From NCBI RefSeq assembly GCF_036365525.1, contig NC_090404.1:12118550-12182549 (forward strand): a DNA stretch of 64,000 bases, read 5' to 3'. Positions 12,181-24,159 of the stretch are shown in pieces; the stretch's first letter is position 1; every line of letters starts with the position of its first letter. The DNA is from Heterodontus francisci. Taxonomy: Eukaryota. The translations under genes and the position numbers were made by a program. The notes beneath the pieces are model-generated. The model was not told the DNA's origin. It made no database searches and saw only the letters and a program-made list of their open reading frames with translations.

Positions 12181-14040
12181 ATCACTGTATTCTAGATGTG
12201 TTCTCACCAATGGCCTGTATAACTGAAGCATAATATCCTTAATTTTATTTTCAGTTCCTGTCGTAATAAAGTATAGCAATCCATTAGACTTCTTTTTTAC
12301 TGTACCTGCATACGAACCTTTTGTGCCTCATGCAGTAGAATTCCTAGATCGCTCTGCACCCCGAAATTCTGCAGTCGTTCTCCGTTTAAGTAATACTCTG
12401 CTTTTTTATTCTTCTTGCCAAAATGAACAACTTCACATTTTCACACATCTACGAGATTTTTGCCCACTCACTTAACCTATCTATATCGGTCTGCAACTTC
12501 CCTATGTCCTCTTTACAACATACTTTCCTACCTATCATTGTGTCATCTGCAAATTTAACTACCATGCCATTGCTCCCCTCATCTAAGTCATTGATATTAA
12601 CTGTAAAAGGTTGAGGCTCCAGCACAGACCCCTGTGGGGCTCCACTCATCACATCCTGCCAATCAGAAAATGACCCATTTATGCATACTGTCTGTTTCCT
12701 TCCAGCCAGCCAATCTTCTATCCATGCTCATATGTTATCCCCGGACACCATGAGCTCCTACTCTGCGCAATAACTTTTTATGTGGCACCTTGTCAAATGT
12801 TTCTGCAAATCAAGTACAGCACGTCAACGGACTTCCCTTTATCCACAGCGCAGGTTACTCCTTCAAAGTTTTCCAATAAATTGTTTAAACGTGATTTCCT
12901 TTTCACAAAACCATGCTCACTATTCCCGATTACCTTGAGTTTTTCTAGCTCGAGCCGACTTGATGATCGATTCCAATACCTTCCCCACGACAGACGTCAA
13001 GCAAACTGCCCTATTTTCTGACCTGATTTCTGCCTCGACCACCCACCACCAACACAGCAGCTGAATAGAGGGGTAATATTTGCTACTTTCCAGTCTGATA
13101 GAAACTTTCCAGAATATAGCAAATTGTGAAAAATTAACACCAACGCATCTACTACCTCATTAGCCACCTCTTTTAAGACCCTAGGATGCAACCCATCAGG
13201 ACGCAGGAAATTGTTAGCCCGCAGATCCATCAGTTTGCTCACTACCGGTTCCCTGGTGATTGCAATTTCACCAATTTCCTCTCTTGCTTCCACCTCCTGA
13301 TTTTCAGCTATTACTGGAATGGTTTCTGTATCCTCTATAGTGATGACAGAAACGAAATATTTGTTCATTTCATCCGCCATTTCCTTATTATCTACTATGA
13401 GCTCCCCATTCTCTCTCCCTAGAGGACCAACCCGTACTATAAATACTCTTTTCCTTTTTAAAATACACGTCGAAACTCTTGCTATCCGTTTTTACATTTC
13501 TAAGTAGCTTCCTCTCCTATTCTAATTTATTTCTCCTTATTAACCATTTAGTCATTCTCTGCCGTTCTTCATATTCTGACCAATAATCTGACCTGACACT
13601 TATCTTTGCGCATATAAATTTATTTCCTTAAGTTTGATGCTTTCGTCAACTTCGTTGGTTTACCACCGATAGTGGATCCTCCCCTTAGAATATTTCTTGA
13701 CAGTAAGGATATACTTATCCTGAGCATTCTGAAATATCGCCTTAAACTTCTGCCATTTTTAAACTATTAACCAATCTGTTAACCTAGTAACCCAGTTCAC
13801 TTCAGCTAGCTCAGCTTTCATGCCCACATAGTTGCCCTTTTCCAGTTTAGAATACTCGTCTTAGACCTGCTCTTCTCTCATTCAAACTGGATGTAACATT
13901 CAATGATATTGTGATCGCTACTACCCAGAGGTGCCTTTACTCTGAGGTCATTAATTAATCCAGTCACTTTACACAATACCAAGTCCAGTAAAACCTGCTC
14001 TCTGGTTGATTCCAGAACGTGCTGCTCTAAGAAAGTATCG
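12181..14040 (-). mobile_element. Degenerate CR1 LINE ORF2 fragment
   Basis: Minus-strand PDGLHPRVLKEVA...DWKVANITPLF and APQGSVLEP...KFADDT motifs. Confidence 0.88.
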
Positions 14041-15004
14041 GCTGTCTCCACTCTTTACTCACAATTGAAAATGTTTTCTTCTTCCGGTCTTTAGGTTAAA
14101 GGTTCAAAACCTTTGTGTCTGCATGGTATATAAATTCAGGACCACTCCCAATCGATCTTTCCGGAAACAGGAGCTGTCAGATGAGGACAATGTCGAAACA
14201 CAGAATTTCCCACACCCTGATCACGGGTATCTGAACCTTTCTCCCTCTCGCCACCAGAGGTCGTGAGATAACAATGTTCATTTTATGGATCTGTCGCCGG
14301 GCAGCGAAGTGAGTTAAGTTTATATTAAACTTATATATATTCAAAAATATACTCCAAAACCTGAGTATAATTTGGAATATATAGACGTTCAATAGCTGAT
14401 ATCAACTTCTCAGAGTAATCATTACAAAGAAGCATCTACATATCGAAGGATTACTTCTGAACAGTGTGGGTGGAAGATCGTGAAAGAATATTAAACTGTG
14501 AACGTCAGACACACCCTGAAATCTGAGTTCTGAATCATTAACTGTATCGTTACTGAAGGTCGATGTTAAATGAATGAAAGACAAATCGAAACCACCTGTA
14601 TTTTGTTTATTTTCCTTCTCCACTCCTTTTGCCATTCTGAGTGGAATTTGTAACAGCAGTTTTTCATGTCCTGCTGATGTTGAGTATTCTGTTTTAGTGA
14701 GAACCCACCCTACATTCCGAAGGCTTCGAACCCGCTCCTGGCGCTCTGCTCCCGCCCACTTTCAGCCAAACAGCAACACATTGCTACAAAGCACTGATGT
14801 CTGTTCAGTAGTTTGTTCAGTAACAGCAGATATCATCGTTCTAATGTGATGGATCTATAAACCACTCCGATAAAATACCTGATCAATGTTAATTCACAAG
14901 TTAATTGATCGGTGAGGGAAATCTCACTGGATTCACGGTTACCTTGGTGCTGATGGTGAAGATACTGGAATTTGAGAGGAAGAATTAACGCCAGTATAAA
15001 CCAA

Positions 15005-15267
15005 ATCCAGTAACAATCTCATGTTTCTGGTTACAATAACCAGACAAGGGATTCTGTCCCCGCCCCACGACTCTAATAGCGGAACCACTCCCCATATGAG
15101 GACAGTGACTGTAGCCCAGCTCGGGGTGTTTCCATTCACTGACAGCCAGCTCACCACCTACCGCTCTCACAGCACCACTGGGGACACAAGGAAGTGAGGT
15201 GAGAGAATCCTGAGACACGCCAGCAGATTATTGAGGGTGGGGATTAGAACGGGTGTCTTCAAATATC
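15005..15267 (+). promoter_or_regulatory. TCR V promoter region, also the left arm of an inverted repeat
   Basis: Directly upstream of the leader ATG at 15299. Contains Ets/CRE-like GGAAGTGAGGTGA near 15190. An inverted copy lies at 16022-16283. Confidence 0.6.
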
Positions 15268-15298
15268 CAACTCCCCTTTTACAGAGCGGACAGCGACA

Positions 15299-15764
15299 AT
15301 GCGGCTACTCAGCATCTGGGTTGTGTGGGGAGCATTTCTGACAGGTAATTGTGGACAAAACACATTTCATCTTTTCTCTCGTTTCACAAACATGGTTTGA
15401 ACCTGAACTTTCAACAACCGTCGGTCTGATCTTTTCCTGTTTAAACTTGTTTTTCAGATTTAAGTCATGGAGATTCTGTCACTCAGCCGCGGTCCCCAGA
15501 TGTTAAGACAGAAGGAGAAGCGGTGATTTTAAGCTGTACCTATGATACGACACGGAGCGAGTATTCTTTATACTGGTACCAGCAACACCCAGATACACAG
15601 CCCGAGTTTATACTGAGGAAGGATTCTGATAATTATGAAGATAAAGCAGATTTTGCTAAAAATCATTTCTCCGCTGAGCTCCACACCGTGACTAAATTCA
15701 CCAGTTTAACCATCTCAGGGCTGCAGCTGACTGACTCTGCCGTGTATTACTGCGCCTTCAGACT
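15299..15764 (+). CDS. TRAV/TRDV: TCR alpha/delta variable segment, intact (leader exon 15299-15344, V exon 15458-15764)
   Basis: Leader MRLLSIWVVWGAFLT followed by a GT donor; ttttcag acceptor. V exon: DLSHGDSVTQPRSPDVKTEGEAVILSCTYDTTRSEYSLYWYQQHPDTQPEFILRKDSDNYEDKADFAKNHFSAELHTVTKFTSLTISGLQLTDSAVYYCAFR. Conserved Cys, WYQQ and YYC; no stops. Confidence 0.93.
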
Positions 15765-15803
15765 CACAGTGATGGAAAGCAGTCTCACCCCTGCACATAA
15801 ACT
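15765..15803 (+). other. 23-bp spacer recombination signal sequence of the TCR V
   Basis: CACAGTG (15765-71), a 23-nt spacer, then ACATAAACT (15795-803). Confidence 0.92.
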
Positions 15804-16021
15804 GCCTTTGGAGTGTGGGGGGGAGCTCTGGTCTGTTGGGGTCTGTGTAGAATCGCAGGCAGATGTGCAGCGATAATGTGCCGCGCGCTGTCAGGCACTC
15901 AAACACACACCGAGAGGAAACCAAATTAACCTCGGATCAAACTGTCACCCAACTGTTTCCAGGAACGGCCGAGAAATCAAACTACAGAATCCAATCAGAC
16001 AGACAGATCCAGCACAGAAAA

Positions 16022-16283
16022 CATATGTGAGGACCCCAGTTCTCATCCCCAGCCTCAATAATCTGCTGTCATGTCTCAGGATGCTCTCATCTCACTTCCT
16101 TGTGTCTCCAGTGGTGCTGTGAGACCAGTCGGTCGTCAGCTGGCTGTCAGTGAATGGAAACACCCCGAGCTGGGCTACAGTCAGAGTTCTGATAGGGAAA
16201 TGGCTGCACATTTAGAGACCGGGGGTGGGAATGAAACCCTGGCCTGTTAATTATCACCAACCTGCTCAGGATTGTTAATGGCG
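16022..16283 (-). repeat. Inverted copy of the TCR V promoter region
   Basis: 16138-16183 is the exact reverse complement of 15106-15151 (46 bp). Similarity continues over about 260 bp. Confidence 0.9.
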
Positions 16284-16399
16284 ACAGAAAATATTCCATC
16301 ATTAAGGAGACACCCTGAAGCACAATGGACATTAGAGGAACTCTGTGTTTTGCGCTTGTTTTAAACATCACAGACACTACCTTGTGAAATCTATTCATT

Positions 16400-19300
16400 G
16401 TGTACGAACTGTCTCTGAGTCAGCAACACGCTCTGATCAAAAAAACCCTGTGAACAGGCCGCGGTCAAAGACTCTGAGAAACTGATATCCCAATTAATTA
16501 TTTATTCTCAGGAAACAGCTAATTAAAGAAAAAAGCAACCAGTTAACCGCTGAATTGTGAGTGCATGTGTGTGAAAGGGCGAGTTCGGTTAAAATAAGAA
16601 GTGATAATTGTTTTTAGACATAGGTGTATCTTAATAGTGTTTAAGATTTAGTTGAAATAAATAGTTAATTTGTTGTTGTCTAAAGATACCGGCTTTGGTC
16701 TATTTTATTCTGGGGGTTACTAAAGTGTTCACTTTGGGTGTTTTCCGGTTTGGTAGAAAAACCTTAATAATATGCTGCAATCTGTGTAGTGATGGGACTG
16801 AACTGACAGTGCATTACTCCCGCCTCGGTCGTAATATATTAATTTGGTATCTCGTGTAGGATCAGATTAATTGGGGGTTCGCATTTGGAATTATATTAGT
16901 TGCTCATATCTGGGATAACATATAAATTGGGGTCTTGCGTCTGGCATCATATTAATTGCTATCGCATCTGGGGCCATATGAATTGGAAACTCGTTTGCTG
17001 GGATCCAAACCTAATGACAATTACGAAAACATAGCAGGAACCAGGGTTCTTGTGTCATAAGGTACAGTCTATGACATCAGAATGGCATTAGCAGTTGCAG
17101 CAGTTTTTCTGGGAAAGGACAACTTGTCCCTCAATGTCTTCACAATTTTACCTAAGAATAAACGAAAAGAACTGGCTGAAAAATTGGGATTGGAATTGAA
17201 ATCAGGTGGCAAACTAAGCAGTAATAATTGACCTAATAGCCCAACATCTAAAATTAGAAGATGAAGAAGAGGAAGAAGATAGTAAGCCAAAGAATAATTC
17301 AGTGGAATTGGCTAAGATTCAGTTAGAAATCAAAAAACTGGAACTTGAACATGAAAAAGAAAAAGTCAAAGCAAAAAGTAAACTTGAGGCTGAAAAAGAA
17401 TTGTAGAAAATTGAACTTGAAAAAGAGCAGAGAGGGAAAGAAAGGGAATTTAGGTTAAAAGAGGTGGAACTAAGACAAAGGGGTGGTCTTGACTCCAGGG
17501 AAAATTCAGCTTTGGAAGAAGCTGAATTCAGCACAGAGCACAAGGAAAAGCTCTTTAAATTTATACAAGCTCTTCCTAAGTTTGAGGAAAGGGACATAGA
17601 GGCATTTTTCATATCTTTTGAAAAAATAACCAAACTGATGGAATGGAAATAGGAAAACTGGAGACTGCTGATGCAAAGCAGGCTGATGGGCAGAGCTCTT
17701 GACGTTGAGGCCACGCTTCCTGAAAAGGCTACTGCAGATTATCAAATGGCAAAAAAGGCCATTCTCGCTGTGTATGTGTTAGTCCCTGAAGCTTACCGTC
17801 AGACGTTTCGGAACTTGCGAAGATTGACTGGGCAGACGTATGTCGAATTTAAGAGAGTGAAGCAAAGTAATTTTGACCATTGGATACGGGCATTAAAGAT
17901 AGAAACCACAGATGAGAACCTTCGAGAATGGATTCTCTTGGAAAAGTTTAAAAACTGTATTCCTTCAGTAGTGAGAACTGATGTAGCTCAGATGAAAGTT
18001 TTGAAAGCTAGGCAAGCAGTGGAAGTTAATGATTTTGAGCTTGTGAATAAGCCAAAACCTTTTGTCCATCACCCCCATAAACACGAGAAGGATAGAAGGT
18101 GGGAGAGTGAAAGGAAGGCAAGTAGCCGGGGACAAGAAGGAACAGCTTTGAATGCCCCAGGATCACCTCCTCAGGCCCGAAAGGAAGGTTCTGAGGGTAG
18201 AAGTGAGGTTTGCATGCTGAAGTGGTATCATTGCCACAAAACGGGTCATCTTCGTTCAGAGTGCTGGAAATTGCAAGGTAAACCCATAGGACTTGCAAAG
18301 CTAATGCAGAGGAAATGACTCTGACTAAGAGGACAGAAGACCAGGCTATTGCTTTAATGGCAGCTGTAAAACGAGATACAAAAACTAAAGTGAGTGTAGA
18401 GGTTAAGGATAAGATACCCGAAAGTTATAATTAATTTTTGGCAAAGGGGAAAGTAACTCCATTTCCTTTAAATGAGATGGGAAAATTTATCATTATGCTC
18501 AGGGATACAGCAGCAACCCAAACACTCTCGCTGGCGAAAGATATAACGTTTCCACATGACAGGGCTTTGAACGCTAAAAGTTCAGTTAATGGAGTTGGCG
18601 GGGAGTATATACACCCGTACCTTTATATAAAGAACGCTGAGAGACTGACTTAATATCTGGGATGGTAACTGCAGCAGTTGTCCACAGTTTTCCAGTGCAG
18701 GGAATTGATCTACTCCTCGGAAATGATCTGGCTGGATAAAAAGCATCAGTTTCTCTAATAATTACAGAGAAACCAAGTGTAGTTAGGTAAATGGAACAAT
18801 TACAGGGGCAAGTTTCAGGAATATTTCCTGCATGTGTAGTCACCCGAGCAATGACTAAAAAGGATCCATTGTCGGAGGTAAAAGTGGCAGCACAAACAGA
18901 TAGCCAAGTAGAAGAAACTTTATTTGGGGATTGAGATAATCCAAATGAGATGTTCATTAAACCTCTATAATTGCAGCACAGCAAGCCGATCCAGAGATAT
19001 ACAGAATAGCACAGACGGCTCTGACAGAAGCTGAGGCGAAAGGAGTTCCAGAAGGCTATTATATGGCAAGCAGGGTTTTGAGGAGTACTTGGAGAACGCC
19101 TCATAGACCTGCAGTCGAAGACTGGACAGTTGTTCAACAGATGACAAATATCACCACAGATTATGAAAGTTAGCACATGACGTTCCTTTTTCAGGACAGG
19201 GAGGAATTTGGAATACTAAATCACGTATAAACTAACATTATTACTGTCTAGACCTTGCAAAGGACGTAAAGCAGTTTTGTGTGGCTCAGAAACACCTAAA

Positions 19301-21360
19301 ACACCCCAAGCCGATATGGAAAAGTGGGGAGACAAGAATGCAAAAACCTGCAATTTTCAACCAGGGGATGAAGTATTGGTACTGTTACCGATACAGGGGG
19401 AACCATTAAACGCACGGTTCAATGGCCCATTTAGAGTGAACAAAAGAGTGGGAAGGTAAATTACTTGATTGCCACCCCTGATCTCCGGAAGAAGAACTGG
19501 TTGTGTCACATCAATATATTAAAGCAATATTATCGCAGGGAGGAAGATAAGATGTACAGATATGTCAGGTAATTGCGGATGTTGCGAAAGAAAAGAATAG
19601 TCAGGATGAGACAGAAGGAGGCATAGACAATTTTCAGTTTGAACCTCCAACTATCAGATTGGCGAATACAGAATGGCTAGGATAATTGGACAAAATACTT
19701 TTGCACTTAGAGACAAAACAACGTGAAGACCTAACCAGGCTTTTCACAACATTTAAAAAAGTCTGTCGGGATAAGCCAGGATATCCAACCTTAGCCACAC
19801 ATGATGTGGATATAAGGGGAACAGTTCCTTTAAAATAACATGCTTACCACTTAAGTCCGGACAAAAGGCTCAAGTAAAAGCAAAAGTCCAATACATGCTG
19901 GAAAATAATTTGATTGAACCTAGTCAAAGCAGCTGGAGTTCACCAATAGTTCTAGTACCTAAACCTGATGAGTCAACCCGATTTTGTAAAGACTACAGAA
20001 AAGTCAATGCAGTAACAAAGACAGTCATCTACCCAATTCCGCATTTAGAAGACTGTATCAACAGAGTGGGCAGTGCTAGGTTTAAAAAAATGAAGATTGG
20101 CTTGTTATTAGCAAGTTCCTTTGACTCGTCGAGCCAAAGATTTAGCAGCTTTTGTAACACCTGACAGTCTTTATCAATGCCGGGTGATGCCATTTAGGTT
20201 AAAAAATGCTCCAGCCACTTTTCAAAGATTAATGAATCGAGTGTTCCCAATTGTGTAGTATATCTCGATGACGTACTAATATACTTGGCAAGAACACTTA
20301 AACCAGCTAAAAATTCTATTTAAAAAGTTGCAAGCAGTGGGCTTAGGGATAAATCTGGGAAAAAGCGAATTCAGAAAAGCAAGAGTAACTTACCTGGGAC
20401 ACAGCGGGGCAAGGACAAGTATTGCCAAAAATGGCCTTAGTAGAGTTCCCTATCCCTACATCTAAACGGGAAATAATGAGGTTTTCAGGGATGTGCAGCT
20501 TCTACAGGAAATTTGTACTGAATTTTATTACTGTGGCTGCTCCATTAACCGATTTGCTACAAAAAATATACACAAAGTAGTATGGTCAGATGAATGCCAG
20601 GCAGCTTTTGAAAAGCTAAAGGCAATCTTAACTAATGAACGAGTGTTGGCTGCTCCACATTTTGCTAAATACTTTAAAGTGGCGATTGATGTTAGCAACC
20701 TGGGGTTGGTGCAGTCTTATTCCAGGATGACGAATTGGGCATGGAGAAGAAAGTCGGGAACTTTTCAAGAAAACTACATTGCATTCAAAAAAGTATCCCA
20801 CTGTTGGACTTTAGCTGGCACTCAAACATTTTGAAGTAGATGTCCACCAAGACTATAATGAAACAATATATACTGACCATAACCCATTAACGTTTGTGGA
20901 AAATTTTAAAATCGAAATGCTAGAATGTTTAGGTGAAGTTTATTGTTACAGCCTTATCATTTGAAAATTGTACATATTTCGGGGAAAAACAGTTATCGCC
21001 GACGCTTTGTCACGAATTTAACCATGTTAAGTTATATGGATGGCGATGGTACAAAGAAAATGCTGTAAATTATCAGTAGAGTGAATGGGTGCATGAATGT
21101 GGAAAATGTTAGAGTGTTTTTTTTTCCAGTTTCAGTTTTCTTTTGGATTGTAGTGAAACGCATTTTTAAGAATGACGTTTCATTTCACCAAGGGCGGAAG
21201 TGTCACGGAACTGTATTTATTATCTCCTCGGACTAAAACAGTGTGTGCCTTTAAGACTCTGTTTAAAAACATTGTGCCTTTGAAAAAACGAACAGGCACA
21301 GTGTGCCAGCAGCTGCACCTGTCGCTAGGCCATAGCAGGAGAGAGAGGTCACATGGTGCA
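16400..21360 (+). mobile_element. Degenerate Gypsy LTR retrotransposon, Gmr1-like (gag/SCAN-PR-IN-RT-RH)
   Basis: LPKFEERDIEAFF gag/SCAN-like region; zinc knuckle HCHKTGHLRSEC; protease LRDTAA; integrase C-terminus FQPGDEVLVLLP...FNGPF (about 19350) ahead of RT IEPSQSSWSSPIVLVPKPD..DYRKVN and YLDD; RNase H ending ADALSR. Purine tract, then LTR start TG at 21201. The 5' boundary is approximate. Confidence 0.88.
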
Positions 21361-22289
21361 CTGTAACAATTTGACTTTGTGCGGGGCTCACTCGCTTTCA
21401 CAACTCCATTGATCAAATCCTTATCCATTGAAAGCAGACAGGCACTGAGCTAATAGGCCGTTGATGGCCTCACCCACCTTCATAGGCAAAAATCTCAGTT
21501 CTCAAACCATTGAGACCTGGCAGATACTGAGATGACCCATTGTGAGAGGCATCGATCACCTGCAAAAGTACATTCCTCAGGTCTTTCACGATTGAGTATA
21601 ATTTTACCCAGCAAATCTGTGCTTTGACAACATTTCTTGTTAGCTCTATTTATCCCCATCCGGCCTATTTTATTTTGCTGTGTTCGCCCCATCTTCCCCA
21701 TTTACTTCACACCCCCAGACTCTCCCGTTGCCATGAACAGTTGGGGAACATCTTTGGAAAGCGAAATTGAAAAACAAAACCAGAGTGTTAACAGGAAAAT
21801 TCAAACAGCAGGTTAAAATAAAACAGTGATACATATGAAAAGAAGATCTGTTCAATGTCTCTCTGCAGGTGAGCGCGAATTCCCTCAGTGGATCAGCTCA
21901 GTGCCTCTCTGAACTCAATGGCTAAAATATGATACCCAGTGAGCAGCCTTTTTACTCAGATCCCAGAGGCAGAAGCCTCAGACTGGTCCGGGAAGGAAAC
22001 ATTCGGGACACTGGCACTTGTCATAAGCTCCCACCCCGCTCCCCCTCCCCCACCCCCCCAACCGCCATAACCACCATGGATAAAGACAAGTGCTCTTGGA
22101 CTCTTCCGCACCTGGAGCAAGTAGTCTGAGACACAGAAATCTCTTGTATGGTAGGTGAGGGGCTCTGGATTGGGCGGGGGAGGGGGCGGGGCGGAGCGTT
22201 TTGTGTGACTAGCCTCTGCTTTATGAGGGGAATTTAGGGTCAGATTGACATCTGTCTGTGTATCTTTAAACTCTGTCTCACTGCACCGG

Positions 22290-23590
22290 TATTCATAATG
22301 TACTGCAGAATATAAACAGAGGCAGCTCTGGTGAAGTAATAACTGAGATAGGGCCGAGAGTGGTAGAAAGGAGAAAAGATCTAATGCAATATAACAGAGG
22401 CATGACCTAGTTTAGTCATAACAAAAATAATCCTTAATATAGCATAAACAGATGCAGGTCTAATGCAGAAATTACTGAGACAGGCCTTACTATACGATAA
22501 GCAGATACTGGGTCTAGTGTAAAATAAGCAGCCAAATGGTCCAGTGCAGTCATAACTGATACAGGGTCTATTGTAATGCAAGGAGAGACAGAGTCAACTG
22601 TATTATGAACAGAGACATGGTCTTGTGCAGTAATAAGTGAGATTGGGCCAAGTGTAATAGGAACAGGGCAATGATCTGGTGCAGTATACCTGAGGCAGGG
22701 TCTAGTGTAATATAAACAGAGACAGGGTCTGGTGTAATATAAACAGAGACAGAGGCTAGAGCAATATAAACAGAGACAGGGTCCAGTGTAATATAAACAG
22801 GGGCCGGGTCTAGTGTAATATAAACAGAGACAGGGTCTAGTGTAATATAAGCAGGGACAGAGGCGAGAGCAATATAAACAGAGACAGGGTCTAGTGTAAT
22901 ATAAACAGAGACAGAGGTGAGAGCAATATAAACAGAGACAGGGTCTAGTGTAATATAAACAGAGACAGGGTCCAGTGTAATATAAACAGAGACAGGGTCT
23001 GGTGTAAGATAAACAGAGACTGGGTCTAGTGTAATATAAACAGAGACAGCGGCTAGAGCAATATAAACAGAGACAGTGTCTAGTGTAATATAAACAGGGG
23101 CCGGGTCTCGTGCAATATAAACAGAGACAGGGTCTCGTGTAATATAAACAGAGACAGGGTCCAGTGTAATATAAACAGAGACAGGGTCTGGTGTAATATA
23201 AACAGAGACTGGGTCTAGTGTAATATAAACAGAGACTGGGTCTAGTGTAATATAAACAGAGACAGAGGCTAGAGCAATATAAACAGAGACAGGGTCTAGT
23301 GTAATATAAACAGGGACAGAGGCTAGAGCAATATAAACAGAGACAGGGTCTAGTGTAATATAAACAGAGACAGGGTCGAGTGTAATATAAACAGGGGCCG
23401 GGTCTAATGTAATATAAACAGAGACAGGGTCTAGTGTAATATAAACAGGGACAGAGGCTAGAGCAATATAAACAGAGACAGGGTCTGGTGTAATATAAAC
23501 AGAGACAGGGTCCAGTGTAATATAAACAGAGACAGGGTCTAGTGTAATATAAACAGGGTCCTGGTCTAGAGTAATATAAACAGAGACAGA
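22290..23590 (+). repeat. 27-bp minisatellite (tagtgtaatataaacagagacagggtc)n
   Basis: Homogeneous core at about 22700-23590. It produces the spurious CLYYTRPCL-repeat ORF on the minus strand. Confidence 0.95.
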
Positions 23591-23595
23591 GTGTC

Positions 23596-23766
23596 TTCTT
23601 TGGCCTCCTTATCTCGAGAGACAATGGGGAAGCGCCTGCAGGAGGTCAGTGGTGTGTGGAGCAGAGCCTGGAGTGGCTATAAAGGCCAATTCTAGTGTGA
23701 CAGACTCTTCCACAGGTGCTGCAGAAAAATTTGTTTGTCTCTCAAGACAAGGAGGCCAAAGCAGAA
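23596..23766 (-). mobile_element. Short LINE (RTE-like) 3' end fragment with an inverted duplicated terminus
   Basis: Left arm ttctttggcctccttatctcgagagacaa pairs with right arm ttgtctctcaagacaaggaggccaaagcagaa. The interior encodes a C-terminal C..C...H-type motif on the minus strand. Confidence 0.55.
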
Positions 23767-24159
23767 TTGTTAGGATCTTCGCACCAGGCTGATTTCTGTC
23801 TACATTGTAGATTTATATTTTAATGCAAAAATTATTATTATTTGTTAATTCGCAGTGAGTTATATCGGAAGTAGCAGCGCACGGATATAACTAGTTCCGG
23901 GCCATCTGTTGGAGTTTATATTATCAATGTGAATGGTGAATTCCCAGAGATACACAAATAAACAACAGACAATTCTGCCCTCACACAGTTAATGTGATAA
24001 TCAGACGGAATCAGTGATCGATGTGAATGATTTTTGATGGTGTTTATGTGGATTGTGCTCGGGTTCTGCCCGCACAGGAATGTATTCACTTGTCAGTGTG
24101 TGATCCGCTGTTATAAACAGCCCTCAGCAGACAGCAGCTGTGATCCAGAAACCTGCGGC

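Noticed and set aside
22434-23624. 396-aa Cys/Tyr-rich ORF (CLYYTRPCL repeats)
   Set aside because: It is the translation of a 27-bp satellite whose unit is a multiple of three; other blocks of the same satellite are full of stops.
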